Shown piece by piece: positions 37,210 through 47,419 of a DNA stretch of 64,000 nt; position 1 is the first letter of the stretch, and every line of letters begins with the position of its first letter. This DNA comes from an uncultured Gammaproteobacteria bacterium (GTDB lineage Bacteria; Pseudomonadota; Gammaproteobacteria; UBA9214). Where the stretch lies: assembly GCA_963827755.1 (NCBI GenBank), contig CAWHCQ010000004.1, positions 78,513 through 142,512 of the forward strand, written 5' to 3'. A program made the position numbers and the translations under genes. A model generated the notes under the pieces. It searched no databases. It was not told where the DNA came from and saw only the letters and a program-made list of their open reading frames with translations.

Positions 37210-37731
37210 ATGCATTCGATTACAGTCAGGCCCGAGACGCCGGAAGATATCCGCGCGATTGATGTTGTACATATCAGCGCTTTTGGGGGGGAGGCCGAGG
37301 CCCAGTTGGTCAGTGTTTTGAGGGGCTCGGCGACCTACAACCGGGAGCTTTCGCTGGTTGCCGAGCTTGGCGGAAGAATCGTCGGCCATATCCTCCTCAC
37401 CAGGGTGCCGCTGCGCAACCAGGGCAAGGAAAAAAATGTGCTCGCGCTGGGGCCGATGTCGGTGGTTCCTTCACAGAGCCATCGCGGCATCGGCTCTGAA
37501 CTGATCCAGGCGGCTATAAAACTTGCAGAAGAAAAAGGCTATGGCGCGATTGTGGTTCTCGGGCACCCGGAATACTACAAGCGGTTCGGTTTCACGAATG
37601 CGAAGGATGCACAGGTAAGCTGTAATCTGCCCGCACCCGAAGATGCCTTGACGGTCATGGAGATCGTTGCGGGAAACCTGGCCGGTGGTGGCCACGTGGA
37701 ATACCCGGAACCCTTCCTTGCGCTTTATTGA
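37210..37731 (+). CDS. GNAT-family N-acetyltransferase
   Basis: 173 aa. Acetyl-CoA motif VVPSQSHRGIGSELIQAAIKLAEEKGYGAIVVLG. Confidence 0.8.
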   Translation: MHSITVRPETPEDIRAIDVVHISAFGGEAEAQLVSVLRGSATYNRELSLVAELGGRIVGHILLTRVPLRNQGKEKNVLALGPMSVVPSQSHRGIGSELIQAAIKLAEEKGYGAIVVLGHPEYYKRFGFTNAKDAQVSCNLPAPEDALTVMEIVAGNLAGGGHVEYPEPFLALY

Positions 37732-37793
37732 CTGCAGGTCTGCCTGGTATTTCCACTGTTCGTACCTGCCTGCCCGGTTCGATATATCCGGGC

Positions 37794-39512
37794 TTATGTA
37801 GCCTTTGCCCTGGTAAAATGATACTGGCCGAATATGCCGGTATTTTCCAGTTGTTGGGTGAGAATGATGGTTTCCTTGCGGCCCTCGTATTCCAGTGTGG
37901 AAATACAGCCGACACGAAAGGGCAGGGACGGGAGCACCAGGCTGGCGGCCTGGTTAAGTGATTTCAGCTCCGGCAGCAAAATACCTTTCATCCTGATAGT
38001 GGTGCTTATGTCATCCCTGCATATACGGGTCCACACCGGGCGTGCCCCGGGCGACAGCATCTGCAGACCCAGCTCCAGCCCGCGTTCCCTGGTAAATTTT
38101 ATCCTGCGGATTACACCAAGGTGCCAGTCCTGTGCGCCGTTATCCGCGGGAAACCTGACAGCGACAAGTTCTCCAACCCTGGCAGTGGTAGGGTCTGTAC
38201 TGTCACAAAGCAGGCAGTAACCCCCGGCACTCATGTCTGCTATTTTCCATTCCTCGACCTGTAAGGGTGCAGCTTTACTGTGCGGGGAATCAGTCTTGCC
38301 GGTAATGTTGCCGCCCATGTCCTTGAAGGGAAGGGTCCTGAAGCTGGTGGTGTTTTCGAAAGTGGGATCCTGCAGGTCCTGACTTTCATCTTTTTCCTTT
38401 ACTGTTACAGGCTGCTGAAAGAGGGCTTCGGTAGCCGACTCTTCCGCCAGCCGGTGTATGGAATCGAGCCCGACAATCAGGTTTACGGGGGTGACGGCCT
38501 GGTGACGGGAGAATCTGCGTTTCGGCATCACTCCCCAGGCAAGCATCAGTCGCCTCAGGGTTTCCTTGTCGCCGATACCGGTGTGTACTCCGCTGGCACC
38601 GCTATCTTCGGCCACGCGGGCGCGCAGGATGCCTGCCATCTTTGAAGTGTCCAGTATGCGCCAGTAGTCATTTACCTGGTTGTCGCTGTTGAGTGCCCGG
38701 TAGGATGGCGGGTCGTCAGAGAGCAGGTTGATTGCAAACAGTCCGTCGTCCTTGCTGCTGGTAACGGATGACAGGCGTGTTGCAACGGCCCATTCAAGCA
38801 GTTCACTGTATATATGCTGTATTTCTTTTTGCCGCAAGCGATAGGGGTTTGCCAGCGATAACAGCAGGATTTGTTTGTACACCGTCTCGATTGTGCTCCT
38901 GGCGGATGAGGGTAAGGTCGTGTCGGTAACGATTTTTGATGCGACGCCTTCCTTCTCGGCAGCCGTGTAGAGCGTGTGGATGCTTTTCCAGAGTCCTGCC
39001 GGGTACTGCAGGTAAATCTGATAATTGGTCAGCAGGCATTCACTTGAGTAACGTATTGCACGATGGATGGCTGTTGCCAGTTGCTGCTTTTTGCCGGACA
39101 TGCGTCCCAGGTCGGCGGCCATGATTTTATAAGCGGTTGCCATCCGGTTATAGAGTTCAAGACACTGCCTGGCCCTGGCCAGGTGCTTGTTAAGGAGCGG
39201 AACATGTTTGCCGAGAATTTTATTTTTTAATGCTTCGGTGACGCAGAGCACAGGTATGGATAACAGCTCCATGGCCGCATACCTGTCCGTTGGACTGATA
39301 TCCAGTGTATTAATCTCTTCGAGAGCCTGATCGAGTAATTCCTGTGACTTGCCGGTATTGATTATCGGCAGATCTTCAATCCATTGCTTGACGGCTGCCG
39401 GGTTTGTGTCGAAGTCGTTTTCCCCGGGTTTTTTTCGCTTTGGCAACTTATGTCCTCCCTCGTGATCTGCGCTGCGTGCCCGGGTAAACCGGCGTGTTGC
39501 GCAAACGTGCAA
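37794..39512 (-). CDS. Large protein of unknown function with a C-terminal PilZ-like barrel (split RxxxR ... DxSxxG)
   Basis: 572 aa. KRRFSRHQ (RxxxR) and IADMSAGGYCL (DxSxxG) are separated by an acidic insert of about 95 aa. The helical N-terminal 330 aa has no domain I recognise. The start codon is uncertain. Confidence 0.45.
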   Translation of the reverse strand: MHVCATRRFTRARSADHEGGHKLPKRKKPGENDFDTNPAAVKQWIEDLPIINTGKSQELLDQALEEINTLDISPTDRYAAMELLSIPVLCVTEALKNKILGKHVPLLNKHLARARQCLELYNRMATAYKIMAADLGRMSGKKQQLATAIHRAIRYSSECLLTNYQIYLQYPAGLWKSIHTLYTAAEKEGVASKIVTDTTLPSSARSTIETVYKQILLLSLANPYRLRQKEIQHIYSELLEWAVATRLSSVTSSKDDGLFAINLLSDDPPSYRALNSDNQVNDYWRILDTSKMAGILRARVAEDSGASGVHTGIGDKETLRRLMLAWGVMPKRRFSRHQAVTPVNLIVGLDSIHRLAEESATEALFQQPVTVKEKDESQDLQDPTFENTTSFRTLPFKDMGGNITGKTDSPHSKAAPLQVEEWKIADMSAGGYCLLCDSTDPTTARVGELVAVRFPADNGAQDWHLGVIRRIKFTRERGLELGLQMLSPGARPVWTRICRDDISTTIRMKGILLPELKSLNQAASLVLPSLPFRVGCISTLEYEGRKETIILTQQLENTGIFGQYHFTRAKAT

Positions 39513-39521
39513 TAGCGATTT

Positions 39522-40571
39522 TCAGCTATTATATGCAAGCCGTGGTTCGATGTCAGGAACTGCGCCGGGGTAGATCGGTTTCTTGCCCGGCTCACCCGCC
39601 AGCTCCCGTACCAGCCGTGGAACAAGGTAGCCGGGCAGCGAGCGGTGCACCTCGTCCATCAGGGCAATTGCCGTTGCATCATCGACCTCGAAGTGGGCGG
39701 CGCCCTGCACCCTGTCCAGTTGATGCAGGTAGTAAGGCAGCACCCCGGCAGAGAACAGGGCTTCGCTCAGGCGAATCAGTGTTGCGGCGCTATCGTTGAC
39801 GCCGCGCAGCAGCACGGACTGATTCAACAGGGTCACGCCGGCCAGTTTGAGGCGGCCCATTGCCTTGCTGACGTTTGCGTCAATTTCATTTGGATGGTTG
39901 CAGTGTACGACCATGACAATGTGCAGTTTCTGTGCGTCAACCCAGGAGAGGAAACCCTCGTCAATCCGTTCCGGCAGGACGATGGGCAGGCGGGTATGGA
40001 TACGCAGGGTGTGTAACCGGGGTAATTCAGCGAGGCGGATGCCGAGGGTGTGCAGTCGTGAATCCGGCAGTGACAACGGGTCGCCGCCGCTGAGGATGAT
40101 TTCCCTGATGTCCGGGTTCCGCCCCAGCCAGTTGATCGACTGTTCCCAGTCATCTACCGCCGGGTTGGCCTCGTTGTAGGGAAAGTGGCGGCGGAAACAA
40201 TAGCGGCAGTGTACGGCGCATGCACCCGTGGTCGTCAGCAATGCGCGACCCCTGTATTTCTGCAGCAGCCCGGGCACCTGCATGGCCTGTTGTTCGGCAA
40301 GCGGGTCAGGCAGGTAGTTGTCGCATTGCTGCATTTCGTCCTGCAGAGGCAACACCTGCCGCAGCAGCGGGTCATTGATATCGCCCCTGGTCATGCGCTT
40401 GATGAAGCCGCGCGGTACCCGTAGCGGAAAATTGCTGTCAAGTGGTAGTATGTTCATGGCTGCCGGGTCGATTTCCAGCAGACGCAGCAGTTCATCGGTC
40501 GACTTCACGGCCGCGGCCAGCAGCGATTGCCAGGTGGCCCTGTATTCCGCATTCGGTAATCCGGGTATCAT
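39522..40571 (-). CDS. epmB: EF-P beta-lysylation protein EpmB (lysine 2,3-aminomutase-like radical SAM)
   Basis: Radical-SAM motif CAVHCRYCFRR. Divergent from efp. Confidence 0.85.
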   Translation of the reverse strand: MIPGLPNAEYRATWQSLLAAAVKSTDELLRLLEIDPAAMNILPLDSNFPLRVPRGFIKRMTRGDINDPLLRQVLPLQDEMQQCDNYLPDPLAEQQAMQVPGLLQKYRGRALLTTTGACAVHCRYCFRRHFPYNEANPAVDDWEQSINWLGRNPDIREIILSGGDPLSLPDSRLHTLGIRLAELPRLHTLRIHTRLPIVLPERIDEGFLSWVDAQKLHIVMVVHCNHPNEIDANVSKAMGRLKLAGVTLLNQSVLLRGVNDSAATLIRLSEALFSAGVLPYYLHQLDRVQGAAHFEVDDATAIALMDEVHRSLPGYLVPRLVRELAGEPGKKPIYPGAVPDIEPRLAYNS

Positions 40572-40616
40572 GGCGGGCGTTTTCCTGCTGTTTCAGCGAC
40601 ACAAGGTTAAAGACAT

Positions 40617-41186
40617 ATGGCATCTTACAGCACCAATGAGTTCAAGGGTGGCCTGAAAATCATGATTGATAATGATCCCTGCGCCATCATTGAAAACGAA
40701 TTTGTAAAGCCCGGCAAGGGTCAGGCCTTTAACCGGGTCAAGATCCGCAACCTGAGAAGCGGCCGGGTGATAGAGCGCACCTACAAGTCGGGCGAGACGG
40801 TCGAGGCCGCCGATGTCATGGATGTTGTGCTGCAGTATCTCTACTCGGACGGCGAATTCTGGCATTTTATGGATACCGAGACCTTCGAGCAGAAGGCGGC
40901 GGATTCAACGGCAGTCGGTGATGCCGTGAAATGGCTGAAAGAACAGGATATGTGCGAGGTGACCTTGTGGAACGGTACGCCACTGGTGATTACTCCGCCC
41001 AACTTTGTCATGTTGACGGTTGCCGAAACCGATCCGGGCGTGCGCGGTGATACTTCCGGCGGTGGCGGCAAGCCGGCAACACTGGAAACCGGGGCCGTGG
41101 TGCGCGTGCCGCTGTTTATTAATATTGGCGAGACGCTGAAAATCGATACCCGCACCGGGGAGTATGTCGGGCGGGCAAAAGAGTAA
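40617..41186 (+). CDS. efp: Elongation factor P
   Basis: [46 protein letters not shown]... includes the modified-Lys loop KPGKGQA. Confidence 0.95.
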   Translation: MASYSTNEFKGGLKIMIDNDPCAIIENEFVKPGKGQAFNRVKIRNLRSGRVIERTYKSGETVEAADVMDVVLQYLYSDGEFWHFMDTETFEQKAADSTAVGDAVKWLKEQDMCEVTLWNGTPLVITPPNFVMLTVAETDPGVRGDTSGGGGKPATLETGAVVRVPLFINIGETLKIDTRTGEYVGRAKE

Positions 41187-42177
41187 CTTGCCGACTGACG
41201 ATTCATGGAGGCCGGCGGCCTCGCTCGAGAACATCAGGCTCAGGGCACTGTTGCTTGCCCGTATCAGGCGCTTTTTTGCAGAGCGCGACATCCTCGAAGT
41301 CGATACGCCGGCACTTTCCCGCGCCGCGACCACGGATCCTTCCCTGGCAAGCTTCAAGACCCGTTTCCATGGTCCCGGGCCGGCCTCCGCTGATACCTTC
41401 TACCTGCATACCTCGCCGGAATACCCGATGAAACGATTGCTGGCGGCGGGAGTCGGATCGATTTATCAAATCTGCAAGGTGTTTCGTGACGGCGAATCCG
41501 GCAAGCGGCATAACCCTGAATTCACCCTTCTGGAGTGGTACCGGACAGGCTTTGACCATTTCGACCTGATGGACGAGGTTGAAAAACTGCTCACCGGGAT
41601 TCTCTCCGGCATTGCGCCGGTCGAGTCTGTCTATCACTGGAGTTACCGGGAACTGTTCCTGGAATTTGCCGGTATCGATGTCACCACTGTTACAGAAGCC
41701 GAACTCGGCTCATTGCTGCAATCCGGCTACAACATTGATCCCGTTGGCATGACCGCTGCCGGCCTCGATGCCTGGCTGGACCTGACGATGACGCACATCA
41801 TCGAACCCCGGCTCGGACCGGGGCTGGTGTTCGTGCGTGATTATCCAGCGAGCCAGGCGGCGCTGGCGCGTCTGCGTCCCGGCACCCCCCCGGTGGCGGC
41901 GCGTTTCGAGGTCTACCTCGATGGCGTGGAACTGGCAAACGGATTTCATGAGCTTGCTGATGCCGGTGAACAGCGCCGCCGGCTCGAACTGGAATCGAGG
42001 CGGCGTGAACTGGCAGGCGCCGATCCTGTCAGGATCGATGAAAATTTTCTCGCCGCGCTTGAAGCCGGGCTGCCGAACTGTGCAGGTGTCGCGCTGGGCC
42101 TGGATCGCCTGCTGATGCTTGCTGCCGGCGCCGACAGCCTGCGTGATGTCATCGCTTTTCCGTTCGAATCGGCCTGA
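41164..42177 (+). CDS. epmA: EF-P-lysine lysyltransferase EpmA (PoxA/GenX)
   Basis: [38 protein letters not shown]...[20 protein letters not shown] are class II aaRS-like motifs. The start is uncertain; ATG 41164 overlaps efp by 23 nt. Confidence 0.85.
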   Translation: MSGGQKSNLPTDDSWRPAASLENIRLRALLLARIRRFFAERDILEVDTPALSRAATTDPSLASFKTRFHGPGPASADTFYLHTSPEYPMKRLLAAGVGSIYQICKVFRDGESGKRHNPEFTLLEWYRTGFDHFDLMDEVEKLLTGILSGIAPVESVYHWSYRELFLEFAGIDVTTVTEAELGSLLQSGYNIDPVGMTAAGLDAWLDLTMTHIIEPRLGPGLVFVRDYPASQAALARLRPGTPPVAARFEVYLDGVELANGFHELADAGEQRRRLELESRRRELAGADPVRIDENFLAALEAGLPNCAGVALGLDRLLMLAAGADSLRDVIAFPFESA

Positions 42178-42227
42178 ATCGGCCTGCATGGCTTGTAACC
42201 GGGCGGCGCATCTCCGACACTTCGCAT

Positions 42228-43343
42228 ATGGATGATCCTGACAACCAGGCTGCGCGTATTACGCTGGAGGCGGATGCGCTGGTCTGTAACAGCCGCTGGA
42301 CCGTCAATACCATCGCCCCCCTGAGTAACTCGCTCGACACCCTGCTGATGCCGAAGGCGATTGCCGTGCGCATCGATGCGGGCGGGATTTCCTCGCTGGA
42401 TACGGCGGGTGCCTGGTTGTTGCTGCAAATCAGGCGGCATCTGCAGGCTGCCGGCCGGCAAGTGCGTTTTGAGGGACTTGCTCCGGAGCAGGACCGCCTG
42501 ATCGAATTTGTATCCGCTGCAAGCCGCGAAGCCGATCACGCTGCCGCGCCGCGCAGGGCGGCAACTGCCGGGGAGAAAGGGCGGGCAGTGGCCGCTGACC
42601 TTGTCCGTTTCCTCGCGTTTTTCGGCGAGACCATGGTGTCGCTGTTCAGCGCCCTGCGCAGGCCGGGCAAGATTCGCTGGCAGGAAATATTCTCCGAGGT
42701 CCATGAAACCGGTGTCAAGGCGCTGCCGATCATCGGGCTGCTGTCATTCCTGATGGGTGTGGTGTTTGCCTACCTGGGCGCCGTGCAGCTGAAGCTGTAC
42801 GGTGCGAATATTTATATAGCCGACATGGTCGGTTATTCAATGTTGCGCGAACTCGCTCCCTTTCTTACTGCCATTCTTGTCTGTGGACGCACCGGGTCGG
42901 CGTTTACCGCGCAGATAGGTACCATGAAGGTGCGCGAAGAGGTCGATGCCCTGCAGACGATCGGCATATCGCCGATCGAGATGCTGGTATTGCCCAAGTT
43001 GCTGGGGCTGTTGCTGGTTATGCCGCTGGCCGCGGTGTATGCCGATATACTTTCCGTGTTCGGTGGCATGGTGATGGCAAACGCGCAGCTTGGACTTGGA
43101 TTTGGCGCCTTTATAGGACGGCTTGAAGAGGCGATCACCTATACAACCTTCATGCTCGGCCTTTGCAAGACGCCCGTGTTCGCGGCGATTATCGCCATTG
43201 TCGGCTGTTACCAGGGGTTTCGCGTGATGGGTAGTGCGGAGAGCGTCGGCAGGCGTACGACTATCAGTGTTGTGCAGTCGATGTTCCTGGTGATTGTAAC
43301 CGACGCGTTGTTTTCGGTGCTCTTCAGCATCATTGGAGTGTAG
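42228..43343 (+). CDS. MlaE-family ABC permease with N-terminal STAS-like domain
   Basis: 371 aa. The N-terminal 110 aa are soluble and STAS-like (IDAGGISSLDTAGAWLLLQIRRHL). The C-terminal MlaE core is GVKALPIIGLLSFLMGVVFAY...GRTGSAFTAQIGTMKVREEVDAL. Confidence 0.8.
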   Translation: MDDPDNQAARITLEADALVCNSRWTVNTIAPLSNSLDTLLMPKAIAVRIDAGGISSLDTAGAWLLLQIRRHLQAAGRQVRFEGLAPEQDRLIEFVSAASREADHAAAPRRAATAGEKGRAVAADLVRFLAFFGETMVSLFSALRRPGKIRWQEIFSEVHETGVKALPIIGLLSFLMGVVFAYLGAVQLKLYGANIYIADMVGYSMLRELAPFLTAILVCGRTGSAFTAQIGTMKVREEVDALQTIGISPIEMLVLPKLLGLLLVMPLAAVYADILSVFGGMVMANAQLGLGFGAFIGRLEEAITYTTFMLGLCKTPVFAAIIAIVGCYQGFRVMGSAESVGRRTTISVVQSMFLVIVTDALFSVLFSIIGV

Positions 43344-43348
43344 CGGCA

Positions 43349-44170
43349 ATGGCGCCAGGTCAGTCGGGAGGACCGGTTGCGGAGACTGCAGATTCCAGTG
43401 ATGCGGTCATCAGTATTCGCGGACTCCGGACCGCGTTCGGCCCCCGCGTTATCCATGACGGTATCGATCTCGATGTCTATCGCGGCGAGGTACTGGCGCT
43501 GGTGGGGGGCAGCGGCAGCGGCAAGACCGTCTTGTTGCGCGAAATGATCATGCTGCATCAAATGAACGCAGGCTCCATCCGCCTGTTCGGCACCTCGATT
43601 ACCGGAATATCCGGGCATATGGCGCAGCAGCTGCGCAGCCGGATCGGTGTGCTGTTTCAGCAGGGGGCCTTGTTCAGCAGCCTGACCGTACTGGAGAATG
43701 TCGGTTTCCCGTTGCGCGAACATACGCATCTCGATAAAAGCGTGATCGATTCACTGGCGCGCGTGAAGATAGTCCAGGCCGGTCTGCAGCCTGAGGCCGG
43801 CCCGCTCTATCCGAGTGAGCTGAGTGGTGGCATGATCAAGCGGGCTGCGCTGGCGCGGGCGATGGTGCTGGATCCGGAGCTGCTGTTCCTCGATGAACCG
43901 ACTTCCGGGCTCGATCCCAACAGCGCCGGTTCTTTTGACGAGCTGGTTCTGAAGCTCAAGGACCTGCTCGGACTGACCATCGTGATGGTAACTCATGACC
44001 TTGATTCCCTGTGGACGGTTGCAGATCGGGTTGCGGTGCTTGGTGGTGGTAAACTCCAGGGAGTCGACTCCATGCAGGTGTTGTCTTCATCAACGGAACC
44101 GCATATCCGCGAATATTTTCAAGGCCCGCGTGCCCGTAATGCGCAGGAGCGCAAATGGAAAGGAAAGTAA
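43349..44170 (+). CDS. ABC transporter ATP-binding protein (MlaF-like)
   Basis: Walker A GGSGSGKT, signature LSGGMIKRAALARA, Walker B LLFLDEPTSGLD. Confidence 0.85.
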   Translation: MAPGQSGGPVAETADSSDAVISIRGLRTAFGPRVIHDGIDLDVYRGEVLALVGGSGSGKTVLLREMIMLHQMNAGSIRLFGTSITGISGHMAQQLRSRIGVLFQQGALFSSLTVLENVGFPLREHTHLDKSVIDSLARVKIVQAGLQPEAGPLYPSELSGGMIKRAALARAMVLDPELLFLDEPTSGLDPNSAGSFDELVLKLKDLLGLTIVMVTHDLDSLWTVADRVAVLGGGKLQGVDSMQVLSSSTEPHIREYFQGPRARNAQERKWKGK

Positions 44171-45036
44171 ATTACGCAGTGGTCGGATTGTTTGTCATCC
44201 TGCTGGGAGCTGCCTTTCTGGCGATCAGCCTGTGGCTGGCGGTCGGCGAATTTTCCGGAAATTTCACCCGTTATCACGTGTTTGTGGATGAATCGGTATC
44301 GGGTCTCTACCGGGATGCGCCGGTTAAGTATCGTGGCGTGGAAATCGGCAAGGTGCGGGAGATCGAACTGAACCCGCTGGTGCCGGACCAGGTGCAACTC
44401 ACGCTTGATATAAAGTCCAATGTTCCTATCAGGCAGGATACTGTCGCGTTGCTCACCGTGCAGGGCCTGACCGGTGTTGCCTTCATCGACCTGACCGGGG
44501 GAAGTCTGGCTTCACCATCCCTGGAAGCGGAAGCTGACCAGATTTACCCGGTCATAAAGAGCGGCCCGTCTTTTTTTTCCAGGCTTGATGAATCAGGCAG
44601 TGACCTGATTAAAAACCTGAATGTACTGACCAAAGGCATCACGGAGTTGCTTGATGAAGAAGAAAGGCAGGCGATCAAACAGACCATTCGAAATATCAGG
44701 GATATCACGGCCGAGTTGGCCGGTAACAGGGATGACCTCGGGACGGGCATGGCTCGTATGCCGGGGCTGCTGGAACAGATCGATGTAACCGCCCGGGAAT
44801 TCGAGCAGATGGCCAGGAAGGTGGCCGTGACCAGTGAAAACATCAACCGTTATATCGGCAGCAGCGGCGCGGGCGTGCAACAATTCAGCCAGCAGACCCT
44901 GCCGGAATTCGCGGCGCTCATCGGCGAACTGCGCCGGCTGGCGGATACCATGCAGGGTCTTGGCCAGAAGCTCGAGGAAGACCCGCGCGTGCTGCTCTAC
45001 GGGCGTACTCTCGAAGTTCCGGGACCGGGGGAATAA
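44155..45036 (+). CDS. MlaD/MCE-domain substrate-binding protein
   Basis: N-terminal TM segment VVGLFVILLGAAFLAISLWL. MCE core SGLYRDAPVKYRGVEIGKVREIEL. Confidence 0.8.
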   Translation: MERKVNYAVVGLFVILLGAAFLAISLWLAVGEFSGNFTRYHVFVDESVSGLYRDAPVKYRGVEIGKVREIELNPLVPDQVQLTLDIKSNVPIRQDTVALLTVQGLTGVAFIDLTGGSLASPSLEAEADQIYPVIKSGPSFFSRLDESGSDLIKNLNVLTKGITELLDEEERQAIKQTIRNIRDITAELAGNRDDLGTGMARMPGLLEQIDVTAREFEQMARKVAVTSENINRYIGSSGAGVQQFSQQTLPEFAALIGELRRLADTMQGLGQKLEEDPRVLLYGRTLEVPGPGE

Positions 45037-45039
45037 ACG

Positions 45040-45654
45040 ATGACAGTAATGAGAGGCCTGCTCTGTTTTCTCGCAATTACCGGCTTGCTGACCGGCTGCT
45101 CGATATTGCCGAAGCCCGCACCGGTCGGCATCGACCAGTATCTGCTTGAGTATACATCCACCCCGCAGGTAACCCGGCAGATCCCGAAGGACGCCCCGGT
45201 GATCCTGATTGCCGTCCCCAGGGCGCACGGTGGTTATGACACCCCGCGCATTGCCTATATGCGGGAAGATTATGGCTTGCGCTATTACACCCGCAGTCGC
45301 TGGGCAGATACCCCGGCGCGCATGCTTGCCCCCTTGCTGGCGGATGCCGTGCAGGCGAGCGGCCAGTTTCACGCCTTGTATGCGACACCGGGTTCGCTTG
45401 CCGCGGATATGCGGCTCGATACAGAGCTGGTTCGTTTCCACCAGGATTTCAGGAAGCAACCCAGCGAAATGCACATTACCATGCGCGCACAGCTCATTGA
45501 TCTTGACAAGGGCAGGGTCATTGCCACCTGGCTTGTCGATCGAACCGCGCAGGCGGATACGGATAACGCCTATGGCGGTGTCGTCGCGGCGAACCGGCTG
45601 CTTGGCCAGGTACTGGATGAGCTGGCACGCTTTTGCGTAAGCAACCGGCCATGA
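45040..45654 (+). CDS. ABC-type transport auxiliary lipoprotein (PqiC/DUF330-like)
   Basis: Lipobox LLTGC. It occupies the last position of the Mce-type operon. Confidence 0.65.
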   Translation: MTVMRGLLCFLAITGLLTGCSILPKPAPVGIDQYLLEYTSTPQVTRQIPKDAPVILIAVPRAHGGYDTPRIAYMREDYGLRYYTRSRWADTPARMLAPLLADAVQASGQFHALYATPGSLAADMRLDTELVRFHQDFRKQPSEMHITMRAQLIDLDKGRVIATWLVDRTAQADTDNAYGGVVAANRLLGQVLDELARFCVSNRP

Positions 45655-45676
45655 TTGCCTGCGGGGTGCTGCCGCC

Positions 45677-46402
45677 ATGTTAGGCAGCATTCGCGTGGTG
45701 CTGGTAAACACCAGCCACCCGGGAAATATCGGCGCGGCTGCACGGGCCATGAAGACCATGGGTCTGACGCGGTTATCTCTCGTCAAACCGGCACGCTACC
45801 CTGATGCGGAAGCAACCGCGCGCTCCTCCGGTGCAAATGATGTGCTGGCAAATGCACCTGTTTATGAAGATGTAGACGAGGCGTTGCAGGGTTGCCGTTT
45901 CGTGGTTGGCGCCAGTGCGCGCTCACGCAGTATCCCGGTCCCGCTGGTCGACCCGGGCGAGTGTGCAGCAATGCTGCGTACGGAAAGTGAAACAGCCGAG
46001 GTGGCGCTGCTGTTCGGTTGTGAGCGCGCGGGGCTGAGCAACCCGGAGATTGACCGCTGTAATTACCTGGTGCAGATCCCGACAAGTCCGGCCTACAGTT
46101 CCCTGAACCTGGCGGCCGCGGTACAGATTATCTGCTACGAAATATTCAAGGCCCATGCCGGCGAATCTGCCCTGCAAGCCCCGCCCGAACATGTACCGGT
46201 TGCGGCCGATGAAATGGAGCGGTTCTACCGGCATCTCGAAGAGACGCTGGTTGCGCTTGATTTTCTCGATCGATCCAATCCGCGCATGCTGATGCGCCGC
46301 TTGCGCCGTTTATACAACCGCGCGCGTCCTGATGCGAATGAAGTGAATATTCTGCGCGGCATCCTCACGGCGGCCGGGCAGGGCGGTAAACAGAACGGCT
46401 GA
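45677..46402 (+). CDS. trmJ: tRNA (cytidine/uridine-2'-O-)-methyltransferase TrmJ
   Basis: IRVVLVNTSHPGNIGAAARAMKTMGL...SLNLAAAVQIICYE is a SpoU/TrmJ signature. Confidence 0.85.
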   Translation: MLGSIRVVLVNTSHPGNIGAAARAMKTMGLTRLSLVKPARYPDAEATARSSGANDVLANAPVYEDVDEALQGCRFVVGASARSRSIPVPLVDPGECAAMLRTESETAEVALLFGCERAGLSNPEIDRCNYLVQIPTSPAYSSLNLAAAVQIICYEIFKAHAGESALQAPPEHVPVAADEMERFYRHLEETLVALDFLDRSNPRMLMRRLRRLYNRARPDANEVNILRGILTAAGQGGKQNG

Positions 46403-46533
46403 CCGGTTATCCTGTCCATGCAGACCACCTTGGCATACACTGTAGTGCGGCGCAGCATTAATGCCGGAAACAGTTTTATTCGATGCTGGATGGTATCTGC
46501 ACATGTATCCTGACTTGATGCAAGTAAAAGACT

Positions 46534-47364
46534 ATGTTTGACAGAATCCGTGAAGATGTACGCTCGGTATTCGAGCGTGACCCGGCTGCACGTAATTCCC
46601 TGGACGTATTGACGACCTACCCGGGTATACATGCCGTGTTGTTTCATCGCCTCAATCATGCCCTGTGGATACACGGGTTCAACTGGCTTGCACGTTTTTT
46701 GTCCAATATCCCGCGCTGGTATACGGGTATTGAAATTCATCCGGGTGCGGTAATCGGGCGGCGGTTTTTTATCGATCATGGCATGGGTGTGGTGATCGGG
46801 GAGACGACCGAGATCGGCGACGACTGCACGCTGTATCACGGGGTTACCCTGGGCGGTACCAGCTGGGACAAGGGCAAGCGCCATCCAACACTGGGAAACA
46901 ACGTGGTCATCGGCGCAGGTGCCAAGGTGCTGGGGCCGATTCACATCGGTGATAATTCACGTATCGGGTCCAACGCCGTTGTCCTCAACAGCGTTGCAGC
47001 CGGATCAACCGTGGTCGGTGTACCGGGTCGCCTCGTCACCGCGGCAAAGCCGGCCGGGCCTGTGCCGGTTGATGAAAAGCGCCAGGCGATTGCGAAGAAA
47101 ATGGGATTCGATGCCTATGGCGCCACCAGTGACATGCCGGATCCGGTTGCCACGGCAGTGAACGGCATCCTCGACCATATCCATGTCATGGACAAACGCA
47201 TGGAGGAAATGTGCAAGGGCTTAAAAGACATGGGTGCGGAAGTTGGTGATCTCGATTTACCCGATATCGATTCATGCGAATTAAAGCATACAGAAGATGA
47301 GGGAATAGAGGAGCTCGACACAGGTACCGTCAGGTACAGGACAGGTGAGTCCCCTGATTCTTGA
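46534..47364 (+). CDS. cysE: Serine O-acetyltransferase
   Basis: [45 protein letters not shown] plus hexapeptide repeats [21 protein letters not shown]. Confidence 0.9.
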   Translation: MFDRIREDVRSVFERDPAARNSLDVLTTYPGIHAVLFHRLNHALWIHGFNWLARFLSNIPRWYTGIEIHPGAVIGRRFFIDHGMGVVIGETTEIGDDCTLYHGVTLGGTSWDKGKRHPTLGNNVVIGAGAKVLGPIHIGDNSRIGSNAVVLNSVAAGSTVVGVPGRLVTAAKPAGPVPVDEKRQAIAKKMGFDAYGATSDMPDPVATAVNGILDHIHVMDKRMEEMCKGLKDMGAEVGDLDLPDIDSCELKHTEDEGIEELDTGTVRYRTGESPDS

Positions 47365-47419
47365 CCTGCCATACTGCATGTGACAGATTGGCGCAGCAAC
47401 GTTATGCGGATATAAAATT

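Noticed and set aside
41164-41186. The 23-nt overlap between efp and epmA as an unusual translational coupling.
   Set aside because: The epmA start is not established; only the first in-frame ATG is known, and a downstream non-ATG start is possible. Short overlaps are common in operons.
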